A stretch of 64,000 nucleotides of DNA from the IMG/VR virus record IMGVR_UViG_3300014204_006419; one strand, 5' to 3'. Shown one piece after another: positions 18,434-28,226 of the stretch. The notes beneath the pieces are model-generated. The model was not told where the DNA came from and did no database searches. It was given only the letters and a program-made list of their open reading frames with translations. Each line of letters begins with the position of its first letter. Within the stretch, counting starts at the first letter, position 1. This DNA comes from a virus (Duplodnaviria; Heunggongvirae; Uroviricota; Caudoviricetes). Made by a program: the position numbers and the translations under genes.

Positions 18434-18595
18434 GTTTTCACCAGAATAGCACTATCACTGTAGCAAATATTGATGAGATAAATACAGTTTGGAAGTTAAA
18501 TATGCCAGAAGTTTGAAGTATCGCTATTTGGATAGCAGATAATGCTACTAGTAGTTTACCTATAAAAATCGCACGAAGCTTTAATCTTGTTAGGT
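18422..18595 (-). CDS. small hydrophobic protein (~58 aa, below the track cutoff)
   Basis: Hand translation MMINLTRLKLRAIFIGKLLVALSAIQIAILQTSG..., directly downstream of leader module copy F. Confidence 0.3.
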
Positions 18596-18610
18596 TAATC
18601 ATCATGTTTC

Positions 18611-18670
18611 CATCTCAACGGTCATCCGTTCATGTAGTATTTCTATAAGCCAATATATTTAAATGTATTG
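18611..18670 (-). promoter_or_regulatory. conserved promoter/5'-leader module, copy F (subfamily 2; hairpin 18617-18630)
   Basis: AACGG-TCAT-CCGTT hairpin plus CATGTAGTAT box and an AT-rich TATA region. Confidence 0.55.
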
Positions 18671-18672
18671 GT

Positions 18673-19224
18673 TCAGTCTCCTTCGAACTCAACGATTGAA
18701 GATACAGTGATTCCTGCAAGTTCTAGCTTTTCTCTTCCTTTCAAATCGGGCAGTTCTATAACGAAAACTGCTCCAGCTACAATTCCGCCTGCCTTTCTTA
18801 TTAGATTTGCTGCGGCTAATGCAGTTCCACCTGTTGCGAGCAAGTCATCTACTATAAGTACCTTCTCTCCTTTCTTGATTGCGTCTTCGTGAATCTGCAG
18901 CGTGTCTGTTCCATATTCAAGTTTGTACTCATGAGAGATGGTCTTTGCTGGAAGCTTTCCTTTCTTTCGCACTAGAACTAATCCACGGTTGTGCTTTGTT
19001 GCGATGTAATCTCCAAAGATAAATCCTCGTGAATCTATTGCTGCAACCTTGTCAAAGCAATACCATTCAGTTGTTTTGTCTAATTCTTGATTCACCAACT
19101 TTCTTGCTTCTGGGTTCAATAGCAAAGTCGTAATGTCTCTGAACATAATTCCTTCCTTTGGAAAGTTAGGGATAGTTCGGATACTGTTCTTGATTTGTTC
19201 TTGGTTTGTTTCTTTTGTTTTCAT
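18673..19224 (-). CDS. apt: adenine phosphoribosyltransferase
   Basis: 183 aa. PRPP-binding motif VLIVDDLLATGGTALAA. Overall APRT-like layout. Confidence 0.8.
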   Translation of the reverse strand: MKTKETNQEQIKNSIRTIPNFPKEGIMFRDITTLLLNPEARKLVNQELDKTTEWYCFDKVAAIDSRGFIFGDYIATKHNRGLVLVRKKGKLPAKTISHEYKLEYGTDTLQIHEDAIKKGEKVLIVDDLLATGGTALAAANLIRKAGGIVAGAVFVIELPDLKGREKLELAGITVSSIVEFEGD

Positions 19225-19553
19225 TGTATCACCCTTAAACTTTTACTAGTCTAAGTTCTTCCCAATTGCCACAAAATGGACGTTTACGCTCTTTAGCATG
19301 TTCATCGCAATAAAATCCGAGTTGACACCAATGACCCCCTAACCCGAATATTCCTGCGCAGTATCGTTCTAGTATATATGTGGATTCTTGTTCACATTTG
19401 TTCTAGTAGCATTTCAATGTATCACCATTCTTATTATCTCTGGGATAATTATGATTGTAAGTCTAAGGTACATTGGGTAAAGCATGTAGTAAGATACTGC
19501 TGCGACTGCGAGTATGAGCAGTACGCAATCGAGCCAATCTAGTTTTTGTATTT

Positions 19554-19931
19554 TCATGTTTTATCTCCCATGTCTTTGTTTTCGTGTTCTTCTTTCCATT
19601 TCTTTGCTCCTTTGTTTACTCTGTCTGCATAGCAATCATGGCATTCTGTCTTGTCACCATAATATCCAGTAGTGTCTTTCCAAGTAAAATAATAGATAAA
19701 TGATAGCGCGTTGTTATCTAGGACTACTGGTTTACCTTCGTGACCACAAGTGTACATGATTGGTTTGAATTCTTCGGTGTGCTCGTAAGAATCGGGTACA
19801 TCCCAATTGCGTTTGTGCTTAGTTCCTTCTTTACCTGAACAGTGAGGGCAGAACGGAGTTCGGTCTCCTAAATCTGCACAAATCATTTCTGTTCCGCACT
19901 TATTGCACGTCATATCTGCGTTTACTGCCAT
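19554..19931 (-). CDS. Cys/His-rich hypothetical protein
   Basis: 125 aa. CNKCGTEMIC, CPHCSG, CHDC motifs. Confidence 0.4.
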   Translation of the reverse strand: MAVNADMTCNKCGTEMICADLGDRTPFCPHCSGKEGTKHKRNWDVPDSYEHTEEFKPIMYTCGHEGKPVVLDNNALSFIYYFTWKDTTGYYGDKTECHDCYADRVNKGAKKWKEEHENKDMGDKT

Positions 19932-19935
19932 GGTC

Positions 19936-20430
19936 TCACTCCAAATCTTTCAATGCGCTCCTTGCTATTTCTCTTGGTGTCATCCAGATGGTTCCGCCAG
20001 TCTTTTCAGGCATATCTCCGTTTGGTCTTGGTTGATGGTGACCGTATTGCGTTTTGTCATTCTCAATTATTGCATTGAGTGCCTGCTTCATGTTTTCGAT
20101 TTGCTCTTCTTGATGAGTATTCATATCAGTCAAACGGATAACTTTTGCTATTAGTATTTCTGCATAATTATCTGCACTACCAAGAGCTTTATTGATACCT
20201 TCTGCACGAGAACGCTCTGTTCTCCAATTTCCGAGACAGGTTGGGCAATCTCCAAGTTTTATTTTTCCTAGTGCTTCTGCAAATTCAACACCGCTAGGTT
20301 CTGGAAAAGTAACGAAACCATCAGTAGCACGGGTCGTAAAGACTACTACTTTTTTTGTTTTTCTTCCAGTCTTAGAAATACGGTCAATCAATTTCTGGTC
20401 TTCAATTTCGGTTTTAGCCATTTTTACCAC
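19936..20430 (-). CDS. hypothetical protein
   Basis: 164-aa ORF. CPTC motif. Confidence 0.4.
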   Translation of the reverse strand: MVKMAKTEIEDQKLIDRISKTGRKTKKVVVFTTRATDGFVTFPEPSGVEFAEALGKIKLGDCPTCLGNWRTERSRAEGINKALGSADNYAEILIAKVIRLTDMNTHQEEQIENMKQALNAIIENDKTQYGHHQPRPNGDMPEKTGGTIWMTPREIARSALKDLE

Positions 20431-20529
20431 TCAGATTATTTCATGCGAGGGCAGTTAGTTGGATGTATTGTTGTGCATATCTCGCAAATCTTAGAATTTA
20501 CATACCCTTTGCATCCCTTTGGTTTCTCT

Positions 20530-20847
20530 TTAGTCATCTTCATCATCCCCGTCATCATTGTTCTCGATACTTGGTTTTCCTTTTGTATACCCTTCTGAAA
20601 CTAATTTATTCAATAATTTCTCACTCTCTTTTTTAGTTAATTCTTTTGACGATTTCACGTGGTCTTGATATGCATATTGTTCAGTATGCCCAACAACTGC
20701 AACAACCGTTTTAACAAAATAAATTCCGCCAGAATCCGAATAAGTTTTCCAGTATTCTGGATATGTTTTTACGGCTTCGTCAGTTCTCTTCTTTGATAAT
20801 TTTTCAATCCATGCAAATTTCTTTTCAGTCATCGTTATCCACCTCAA
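20530..20847 (-). CDS. hypothetical protein with acidic C-terminal tail
   Basis: 105 aa ending NNDDGDDEDD. Confidence 0.35.
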   Translation of the reverse strand: MRWITMTEKKFAWIEKLSKKRTDEAVKTYPEYWKTYSDSGGIYFVKTVVAVVGHTEQYAYQDHVKSSKELTKKESEKLLNKLVSEGYTKGKPSIENNDDGDDEDD

Positions 20848-21061
20848 TTACTTTGAATGTTTCTTCGTCAATCCAACATGTTCCTTCTTCTACGTATGGC
20901 TTCTGCTTCAAGTCCTTATGGCGATAGAAATGCCTCTCGCAAGTCTGTCCGAATATATTTGGTTTGCCTCGAATTATTGTTGTCCAAGGCATTTTTATGT
21001 GGCGACATTCTTTATCCTTTGGAAGCACTAGACTTCCTTTGATACACTTCAAAGTTCTCAT
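20825..21061 (-). CDS. hypothetical small protein
   Basis: 78-aa ORF. Confidence 0.3.
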   Translation of the reverse strand: MRTLKCIKGSLVLPKDKECRHIKMPWTTIIRGKPNIFGQTCERHFYRHKDLKQKPYVEEGTCWIDEETFKVIEVDNDD

Positions 21062-21486
21062 CCAGATAACCTTCTGAACTTTTCAGTCCAGTATTCCATA
21101 CTCTTTTCTACATCATCTTTGCTGAGGTCTTTGATTTCGAGCAACGCTGCAACTATTGTGGCTGCAGCAAGAACGCTGTTGTCTTGCTTAGCTTGCGAGA
21201 ATCCTCTTGGCTTGAATTTGCTCTTTATCTCTGTCATTGGTTTGCCTTGTTCGCCTATCCTGGTTATGTTCCTGAAGACTCCTCTCCCGTTGCTCATTGG
21301 CTTCTCTATGTATTCTATATCGTAGAACTTGCCTGTTTCCAATTCTGGATATGGTTTGTCCAGGATACTGAATATCGTTGGCTGCCCGTTAACTTCAAAG
21401 GTTAAGGCTAACCTATTGTTCTCTTCTTTCTTTGCTATCAATTTTGCGTTCAATGCTACCATTTCATATCCCCCCATAGTTTCCAA
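21058..21486 (-). CDS. hypothetical protein
   Basis: 142-aa ORF. Confidence 0.35.
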   Translation of the reverse strand: METMGGYEMVALNAKLIAKKEENNRLALTFEVNGQPTIFSILDKPYPELETGKFYDIEYIEKPMSNGRGVFRNITRIGEQGKPMTEIKSKFKPRGFSQAKQDNSVLAAATIVAALLEIKDLSKDDVEKSMEYWTEKFRRLSG

Positions 21487-21946
21487 ACGGCTTTAAGTTG
21501 TCTTCGTCAATTATATAGTCGTCTGTTTTCACTGTGATTTCTCGGTACCTATTCCCTTTAAGGATTAACTGACCCGTGCTTTCCACTTGATTTCGGTATA
21601 TAGTTCCCAGTATTGTCAGCTCGTTATTGTTCGTGCGTGTGAAAATGTAGGCATCGGTTTCATTGCCATTTTCCAATTGTCTCTTGCTTATCAGCACAAC
21701 ACCCTTGTCTGTTCCAGTGTTTTTTACATCATATTTTACTTCTCCAATCTTCAGGTCATATCCGCCGTCATAATCATCAGCGAATACTTTGGGTCTCGGC
21801 AATTTCAGTAAATCTCTGATTACGACCTCTGCAATCATTCCCATTCTCGTTGCTTCGAAGTTACTGAAAAATCTCCTTTTCCAGTGTGGCTTGTTCTTTT
21901 CTATGAACTCGTCAACCCACTTGATTTGTTCTTCAGTTATTTGCAT
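21464..21946 (-). CDS. hypothetical protein, possible PD-(D/E)xK-type nuclease
   Basis: DYDGGYDLKIGEVKYDVK resembles a D...E-x-K nuclease core. Weak evidence. Confidence 0.3.
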   Translation of the reverse strand: MQITEEQIKWVDEFIEKNKPHWKRRFFSNFEATRMGMIAEVVIRDLLKLPRPKVFADDYDGGYDLKIGEVKYDVKNTGTDKGVVLISKRQLENGNETDAYIFTRTNNNELTILGTIYRNQVESTGQLILKGNRYREITVKTDDYIIDEDNLKPFGNYGGI

Positions 21947-21948
21947 GG

Positions 21949-22416
21949 TCAGTCTCCAGTGTAGTCATTCAGTGTTGTTCCTTCCCCTAATGCATTTTTG
22001 TACGCAGCTTCACGTTTATTTCTCTTTCTCCTGACTCTTTCCGTTGGCTGAATATTCTTCTCTTCACCGTATTCTACAAGAGAACCTTTCAGTGCTTCGT
22101 TCAATGCTATCTTGATGTCTTCATCAGTGAATGCGGGGTTCTGCTGCCTTATGATTGATTCTACTCTGTCTCTTTGTTCCATCTGGAGCATTCTTCTTGC
22201 TCTTGTGATTGTCTCTGCTCTCATTGCCATTCTTAGTTGTTCGAACATCTTGAAAGAAATTCGAATGTTACTGTAGCGTCCGTAGAATTTCCATAGGAGC
22301 AAATTATCATCGCCTTTAGCTTGTGGATAGGTTTCTAAGATTTCTTTTACCTGCTCCTTAGCGGTACTTAGAGTCTCAAGCATTTCTGCCCCAGTTGGAA
22401 TCGGTTTTTCAGCCAT
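21949..22416 (-). CDS. hypothetical protein
   Basis: 155-aa ORF. Confidence 0.35.
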   Translation of the reverse strand: MAEKPIPTGAEMLETLSTAKEQVKEILETYPQAKGDDNLLLWKFYGRYSNIRISFKMFEQLRMAMRAETITRARRMLQMEQRDRVESIIRQQNPAFTDEDIKIALNEALKGSLVEYGEEKNIQPTERVRRKRNKREAAYKNALGEGTTLNDYTGD

Positions 22417-22421
22417 AGGTA

Positions 22422-22775
22422 TTACCTGTCCAAAACATTCTTCGCTTGCTTCACCATGTCCTCGTCCGTGTAGACTTCTGGCAGTTCACATTTTCCATAG
22501 CAGGTTATTCTGTGAACCCTGGTTTTTGCTTGTGCGCTTCCAATTATGTAATGGTAGTCGTTGTTGTCAATTTTATGATAGTTCACATAGAAGTTCGGTT
22601 CGTTGTTTTTGAATACTTTGAATCCTGAACTTGGGTCGTGAGATATAAAATGGTCGTACTCAATAGTGTATCCTTCTCCGAATAAACCTTGAAGGTACTC
22701 CATTGTCCATTCCTTACTGTTGAAGTCATGCGCAACCATTTTAGTCACCGTCTTCATCTGCAAATACTTCTTCAT
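22422..22775 (-). CDS. hypothetical protein
   Basis: 117-aa ORF. Confidence 0.35.
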   Translation of the reverse strand: MKKYLQMKTVTKMVAHDFNSKEWTMEYLQGLFGEGYTIEYDHFISHDPSSGFKVFKNNEPNFYVNYHKIDNNDYHYIIGSAQAKTRVHRITCYGKCELPEVYTDEDMVKQAKNVLDR

Positions 22776-22871
22776 TGTATTCTTCGTTCAGCTCATCATC
22801 ACAAACAAATTCATCTGGCTCGTAGGCATCGTCTTCGCGGTCTTGAAGTTCATCGGCAAATGTCATGGCAA

Positions 22872-23210
22872 TCACTTCACGTATATTACCTTGCTAGTGT
22901 CTCCATTCCAGTCGACTTCTAGTCCAAGGCTCTTTGCAAGTTCCGCACACCTATCTGCAGAACGTTTTATCTCTGCTTCGTCATCTCCACAGTAACGGAT
23001 AGGCAGCATACCATTTCCTCTACCATATCCTTTGCCTTCGAAATCATCGTTATCCTGGCGATGATAATAGAATGCAGTCTTTTTGGTCTCTGGAAGTGCA
23101 GCGATAGCACAGCCAGAGCAACACATAAAGTTCTGCCTTGCAACATACCCTTCTTTTCTAAGCTGTTTGAACAGCTTAGTAACCTTAATTTTAGTTTCTG
23201 TTTCTCCCAC
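22872..23210 (-). CDS. hypothetical protein, GTG start
   Basis: 112 aa. GTG start with the same first codons (GTG GGA GAA) as 5822..6370. Downstream of leader module copy C. Confidence 0.4.
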   Translation of the reverse strand: MGETETKIKVTKLFKQLRKEGYVARQNFMCCSGCAIAALPETKKTAFYYHRQDNDDFEGKGYGRGNGMLPIRYCGDDEAEIKRSADRCAELAKSLGLEVDWNGDTSKVIYVK

Positions 23211-23290
23211 TTAAATCAACCCCTACGAAGGTCATCCTTCGTAATGTATTCCTTATGAACCTACTACTATATAAAGGTATCGTTTAATGC
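23211..23290 (-). promoter_or_regulatory. conserved promoter/5'-leader module, copy C (TATA 23268-23275, hairpin 23224-23243)
   Basis: Stem TACGAAGG/CCTTCGTA (8 bp, compensatory relative to copies A and B), TCAT loop, GGGGTTGATTTAA-GTG. Confidence 0.6.
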
Positions 23291-23595
23291 CTATGTTTCA
23301 ACGATTGTTTATGTTGGTGATTCAAGAACGTTATGCATTGCGAAATGTACGTCATGCACCCAGAACTCCAGCGGGTATTGTTCTCTGGAAAGAAAGCGAA
23401 GCCCCTCCAACCTGCGTGCCACTTGATTATTCCAAGAAGTTCTCCGAATGCGTGAATGCTGTCTTTTCTTACGCAGTACACTGCTGTCTTTCTTTTCTTC
23501 ACCTGTTTTCCTTTGTACCAACCTTTTGTTGCTCGAACTAGGTACAGCTTGAATCCGTTGCCTCGAAGTTCTGGGTAGTGCATATTACCAGCCAT
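23284..23595 (-). CDS. basic small protein (possible nucleic-acid binding)
   Basis: 103 aa, K/R-rich. An alternative plus-strand ORF overlaps it, so strand choice follows the neighbours. Confidence 0.25.
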   Translation of the reverse strand: MAGNMHYPELRGNGFKLYLVRATKGWYKGKQVKKRKTAVYCVRKDSIHAFGELLGIIKWHAGWRGFAFFPENNTRWSSGCMTYISQCITFLNHQHKQSLKHRH

Positions 23596-23800
23596 CTCTT
23601 ACATAATCTACATCGGTTCCATCTTCACGATTCAATTTACCCACTGTGCTCATTAAGAACATTATTGCGATTAGAGCAAGTGGTACTACACACATGATTG
23701 TTCCACACGGTTGAAACCCTAGCGCATTTATAATTCCGCCTCCGATTACCAACGCGATAACTCCTAGCATAATTGCGAGATTTTTATTCATTTTATCCAC
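23585..23800 (-). CDS. small membrane protein
   Basis: 71 aa, 2 TM. Confidence 0.3.
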   Translation of the reverse strand: MDKMNKNLAIMLGVIALVIGGGIINALGFQPCGTIMCVVPLALIAIMFLMSTVGKLNREDGTDVDYVRDGW

Positions 23801-24779
23801 CTCCGAAATGCTTTTTGAATTTCCTTCCTGCGATTTTTATTGTATCAAATAATCCCAAGAAAGGCACTGGCTTCTTGATTCCTTCTCGGCTTGGCAATTT
23901 CTTTAATGAATCGAGTACTCCTCTCATTGTTGCAATTGCTCTTCCGAATTTAAGTTGAAGCATGAATCCGAAGGTCAACGCTGCAGAGAAACAATTCCCG
24001 ATTGGAAATAGCCATGCCAAATCTACCGTTCTTGCGTTTTTCCAGTATGACCATAGCTTGTTCCTGTTTATGAAATAGTACTTGTTATCCGAACGAGCAA
24101 TGCGGTATTTGTGGTACACGATTGCTTCGCTTGCTAGAACGTTTCTGTATCCTAGATTTCTGACTCTCCAGCCCAGGTCTACATCGTCTTCATACATCCA
24201 GAAAGGTTCGTAGAATCCACCTAGTTTGTCCCAGAGAGATTTTCTTATTGCCATTGCCCCCCCACATGGTGCGAACGGTTCAGTCTCAGGAATATCTGTT
24301 AGGTTGTTTCCGTCACCGATTGAACCAGAGAAACCTAAAACACTCACGAATGTTCCTAGACTGTTTATCTTTGTTGTGTCGTCCTGCAAGATTATTTTTG
24401 ATGTTGTAGTTCCGACTTCTGGTTCTTCTAAACGCTTGATTAGATTTCCTATCCATTTTGAATCTGCAACCATGTCCTGATTCATCAGTGCCAGGATTTC
24501 TCCCTGTGCTTGCTCTGCTGCTCTATTTGCTCCAACTGCGAATCCGACATTGTATTTGTACGCGATTAACTTGACTTCAGGGTATGATTCTTTTACCATC
24601 TGCCTCGTTCCATCTAATGAGCCATTGTCTAGAACGATTACTTCTTTATCCTTGAAGTCTTGTGTTCTCAGTGAATTCAGGCATTCTGCTAGTTCGTCCT
24701 TTGCATTGAAACTTACGATGATTATTGAGACCTTCATTTTACCACCCGAAATCGTGAGTATAAAATTGCATAATGCCAT
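23793..24779 (-). CDS. glycosyltransferase family 2
   Basis: 328 aa. N-terminal IIIVSFNAKDEL...VIVLDNGSLDGT GT2 DxD-type signature. Confidence 0.75.
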   Translation of the reverse strand: MALCNFILTISGGKMKVSIIIVSFNAKDELAECLNSLRTQDFKDKEVIVLDNGSLDGTRQMVKESYPEVKLIAYKYNVGFAVGANRAAEQAQGEILALMNQDMVADSKWIGNLIKRLEEPEVGTTTSKIILQDDTTKINSLGTFVSVLGFSGSIGDGNNLTDIPETEPFAPCGGAMAIRKSLWDKLGGFYEPFWMYEDDVDLGWRVRNLGYRNVLASEAIVYHKYRIARSDNKYYFINRNKLWSYWKNARTVDLAWLFPIGNCFSAALTFGFMLQLKFGRAIATMRGVLDSLKKLPSREGIKKPVPFLGLFDTIKIAGRKFKKHFGGG

Positions 24780-25026
24780 GAAAAATTGTTAGCCCGATTA
24801 TTCCGCCCAGGATAGCTACTATTCCGATTAACCAGTCTGGTGGGCTTGGGAAGAATTTTACTACAATTACAACTGATTGAAATGCGCAGATAAGAATTAC
24901 TGAGGCATAGATTATCGCACCTAAACAAACTACTACTGCAGACAAAAAAATATCTTTGATTGTTTCGTTCATAAATACCACTTGAAAAATGTTGAAACTA
25001 TACTCCAAAATAAATATGAAATACAC
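24739..25026 (-). CDS. small membrane protein
   Basis: 95 aa, hydrophobic. Confidence 0.3.
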   Translation of the reverse strand: MYFIFILEYSFNIFQVVFMNETIKDIFLSAVVVCLGAIIYASVILICAFQSVVIVVKFFPSPPDWLIGIVAILGGIIGLTIFHGIMQFYTHDFGW

Positions 25027-25355
25027 AGTCCCATAAGTCCAAGCATAATTGAATCTGCGCTAGGAAATATGCTATGTGCTGTCCAAAAGAATATCAGTGC
25101 TGGGATAATTAGCATCAGGGCTATCCATAGTTGTGTCTGTTGCTGTTCTTTTTCTTCTTCGGTCAAACGTTTTGGATGCATCAATGCTCTGTCAAGAACA
25201 TACCAGTAGATTAGTACGATAAGCGCAATTAGGGATATGCTGAAAAGATTAAAACCTACCTCGTGCTGTTGAAAATCTAAAACTATGAATAACGTTATTG
25301 GAATCATTAGAATACTACTTGTGTGTTCCTTTTTTATCCCAAACATTTCAGTCAC
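24969..25355 (-). CDS. membrane protein
   Basis: 128 aa, multiple TM helices. Confidence 0.3.
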   Translation of the reverse strand: MTEMFGIKKEHTSSILMIPITLFIVLDFQQHEVGFNLFSISLIALIVLIYWYVLDRALMHPKRLTEEEKEQQQTQLWIALMLIIPALIFFWTAHSIFPSADSIMLGLMGLCISYLFWSIVSTFFKWYL

Positions 25356-25545
25356 TCGTTTCTGGGATTAATTCCCCACCACTTACGTTTACTACGCAGT
25401 CATGCCAGCTTTGATTTGATTTGTCGCAGAGTTCGTGTAGTTGTTTGAATTGCTCAGTTAAAAGAACTTCGCTAACGTAAACCACAACAATTAACATGAG
25501 TAGACACATCACCACGGTGCATATTCTTTGTTTTGTAATTTTCAT
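25348..25545 (-). CDS. small membrane protein
   Basis: 65 aa, TM helix. Confidence 0.3.
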   Translation of the reverse strand: MKITKQRICTVVMCLLMLIVVVYVSEVLLTEQFKQLHELCDKSNQSWHDCVVNVSGGELIPETSD

Positions 25546-25678
25546 TTCAATCCCTTTCTAATGCTTTATCCAAATCCTTCCAGATGTCTTTCTTCTTGCC
25601 ACAGTACACGCACTTGAAGATTTCTACTCCAGGCTGCTTCCTGAAGTCGTGTGGATTTTCTTTTGTGCATCGCTTCAT

Positions 25679-25996
25679 TCAATCCATTCCGAACGTATAA
25701 TCCAATGCGATTACGAACTCGGTTCTTCCCTTTGTTCTTTGTTCTGGTTTGTCTTGGAATAACCAATTCTTGAAATCTCGTTCATCCTTGCATTTTCTTA
25801 ATACATGTTGTTCTATTTTTTGCATCTCTCGGATTTGCCTTATTAGCCTTGTGATTTCTTCTGTTGTGTATAGTGACCTACGATTTGTTTTTATCTTTAC
25901 GTATTCCTCTTGCAAATCTCGAATCATCTTACACCATTCTTCTTGATATGGCATAGCATCAACACTTCTCCCAAAATAACCACATAACACATCCAC
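25679..25996 (-). CDS. hypothetical protein
   Basis: 105-aa ORF. Confidence 0.3.
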   Translation of the reverse strand: MDVLCGYFGRSVDAMPYQEEWCKMIRDLQEEYVKIKTNRRSLYTTEEITRLIRQIREMQKIEQHVLRKCKDERDFKNWLFQDKPEQRTKGRTEFVIALDYTFGMD

Positions 25997-26195
25997 ATAT
26001 TATTAGTCCTAGAATGGTTCCTAGGATACTTTCAGCATAGTCTATGAGACAGTATGTTGCTTCATCGCAAGTATTTATTGGAATTGGAGTCTCTTTTTGT
26101 GGGAGATACCCTGCTTGATTACCCCAGAATACACATGCTATGAATACTACCGTGATAATTACGGTTACGGTTAGTTCTTTTGAGACGTTAAACAT
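25959..26195 (-). CDS. small membrane protein
   Basis: 78 aa, 2 TM. Confidence 0.3.
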   Translation of the reverse strand: MFNVSKELTVTVIITVVFIACVFWGNQAGYLPQKETPIPINTCDEATYCLIDYAESILGTILGLIICGCVMWLFWEKC

Positions 26196-26377
26196 TTTGA
26201 ATCACATTTGTATTACAAATATTAACCCTTTATTCTTTTATTTAATTTTCTCTGGTATTGCTTTCCAAGTTTGAATCCCATGTACGCGAACTCTTCCTTG
26301 TCCAGTTGGATAGAATTTCCTATTCTCTTGAACCACATCTGGCGTAATACTTGCAAATCTGAAACCATCCACGCACC

Positions 26378-26668
26378 TCAAAATATTGGCTCTGGGTCTT
26401 TCTTGGTTATCTTCTTCCCCTTCGCTGCTTGTTCTAGTTCGGGGAAATCATATAGTTCTCCGTTTTCAAGATACTTTTCTTGTCCAGCTTTAAGAACTCT
26501 TCTCAAACAATCGGCATGGCAAACCCATTCGTTCATTGGTTTCTTTTTGAATTCTTCGAAGTACTTCAACTCAACCATACCTGAAATATTTGGTCTTTCC
26601 TTTCCACGTATCCAGCACTCTGGATTTCCGCAGAATAAACAATGGTCGCTCATCAAATCATCTTTCAA
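26378..26668 (-). CDS. hypothetical Zn-binding protein
   Basis: 96 aa. CLFCGNPEC...CHADC. Confidence 0.35.
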   Translation of the reverse strand: MKDDLMSDHCLFCGNPECWIRGKERPNISGMVELKYFEEFKKKPMNEWVCHADCLRRVLKAGQEKYLENGELYDFPELEQAAKGKKITKKDPEPIF

Positions 26669-26852
26669 GTTTCTTCATTTGCTCTAACGAGCTTGTTAGG
26701 GACCTTATTAGATTCCTTACTTCTGATTGATTGCATAACACCAGGGTAGGTTTCTGTCTATCCGTTTTATTGTGCAGAAACACAAATGCTTCGTTAGAAT
26801 TATTACTGTAGAGAACATCTCCCCACAGGTCTCCGTAAATCTCTTTGCTCAT
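26658..26852 (-). CDS. hypothetical small protein
   Basis: 64 aa. Confidence 0.3.
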   Translation of the reverse strand: MSKEIYGDLWGDVLYSNNSNEAFVFLHNKTDRQKPTLVLCNQSEVRNLIRSLTSSLEQMKKLER

Positions 26853-27097
26853 AGTTTCACCTCGTCTTCTTTGAACATAACGATTGCTTTTCTCATCTCA
26901 TCGAGCAGAGCGAGGCAAGCGTCATAGCTGCCTTCTACGTTTGTTTTGAATCCCTTGCTCTCTATGTACTTCATTGGAACTCCATTAGAGAAACTAATCT
27001 TGATACTTGGTTTTATTTTCATCTTTGCGGGCTTGTTTGTTCTTATTGTAGTAGTAAATTCTCCAGTGTTAGAAATCTCTGTGACAAGTTGCTCCAT
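26849..27097 (-). CDS. hypothetical small protein
   Basis: 82 aa. Confidence 0.3.
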   Translation of the reverse strand: MEQLVTEISNTGEFTTTIRTNKPAKMKIKPSIKISFSNGVPMKYIESKGFKTNVEGSYDACLALLDEMRKAIVMFKEDEVKL

Positions 27098-27101
27098 AGT
27101 T

Positions 27102-28226
27102 TCACCTGATTACTTCTTTCAGTTCATCTTCCACTAGTGGATACTTGATTGCTTCTTCGGGCTTTTGTCCGTCTAGCATTGCGAATAGAAGTCCCTTGAA
27201 TGGATATTTGATTGCGTTCATTGCGAATTCCTTCCTGCTCTCGCGTGAGGTCTCGCTTGGTTTAATCTGTTCGAATACTTCTATTGCTTTATCCAGATAG
27301 TTCTTAATGAATGTTCTTGCCTTTTCTATCTTTACTTCTACTTCGGGGAATGCTTTCAAGAATTCAACGTCTATCTCGCAGTATGTTCCGTCTTCATACT
27401 TCTTGTTTAAGATGTAGTAGAAAATGTCCTTTACTGATAGCATCTTGATTCTCATGAGCTTCAGGTACTCTTCACTCTTGATTTTGATTCTGTTGAAGTT
27501 CTTGTCAACTACTACGAATCCTTCGAAATCCTTTGGCTGTGCTTCAAATAACTTCTTGACCTCTTCTACGTTATTTGCTTTGAACCTTCTTGGTTCTCTG
27601 AAATTCCTAAATTTCATTGGCTCGTTCCAGAGTTTGCAAAATCCAGTTTCTTCCATAGTACTTAGGTTTCTAGCACCAAGCAGTCCTATGAACTCTTCAT
27701 TATACTTAGTTACGATACGATTTTTTGCAGACACGAGTTCAAAGAATAAACAGTGTCTAAGTTTGCAGGTGTACTTCAATATCTTCAAATCATTTTCAGT
27801 CAAAAGGCTTCTGAACCATTTGTCGTACCTCTGGTCTTCTGGTGAGTTGTCATCATAGAAAGAACCTCTTGTGGTTATCTCTAATTCTCCTTGCTCATTC
27901 AAGAAAACACAGATTAGCGACCCGTCTAGCTTCTCTTGAATCTCTGCGCTCTCCCAATCTATGTTTACGGCTTCCTTCTCGTAGTGGTTGAAGAATCTGT
28001 TGAATGGATAGTTGAGAACCTTCCCGTCTTTATTCAGAACTAGACCTCTGCATTTCATAAGTACTGGGTGATTTCTTGGAACCAAAACTGCGTCATTATA
28101 GTTGTACCCGTACATGTTACCCTTGCGGGATACTTTGATATTTGACATCAGCTCTTCGCTCCACTCGGTGCATTCGTTTCCGATGAACTTCTTGAGAGGT
28201 TCGTAATCAGCTTCAGTTAACTCCAT
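27102..28226 (-). CDS. ATP-dependent RNA ligase, Rnl1 (T4 RnlA)-like nucleotidyltransferase
   Basis: 374 aa. Motif I lysine in QEKLDGSL (KxDG), placed as in T4 Rnl1 (KEDGSL). Covalent nucleotidyltransferase layout. A DNA-ligase-type function is not excluded. Confidence 0.5.
   Translation of the reverse strand: MELTEADYEPLKKFIGNECTEWSEELMSNIKVSRKGNMYGYNYNDAVLVPRNHPVLMKCRGLVLNKDGKVLNYPFNRFFNHYEKEAVNIDWESAEIQEKLDGSLICVFLNEQGELEITTRGSFYDDNSPEDQRYDKWFRSLLTENDLKILKYTCKLRHCLFFELVSAKNRIVTKYNEEFIGLLGARNLSTMEETGFCKLWNEPMKFRNFREPRRFKANNVEEVKKLFEAQPKDFEGFVVVDKNFNRIKIKSEEYLKLMRIKMLSVKDIFYYILNKKYEDGTYCEIDVEFLKAFPEVEVKIEKARTFIKNYLDKAIEVFEQIKPSETSRESRKEFAMNAIKYPFKGLLFAMLDGQKPEEAIKYPLVEDELKEVIR

Noticed and set aside
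25566-25766. 66-aa R/N-rich ORF
   Set aside because: It overlaps 25679..25996 and has a basic low-complexity translation. No support.
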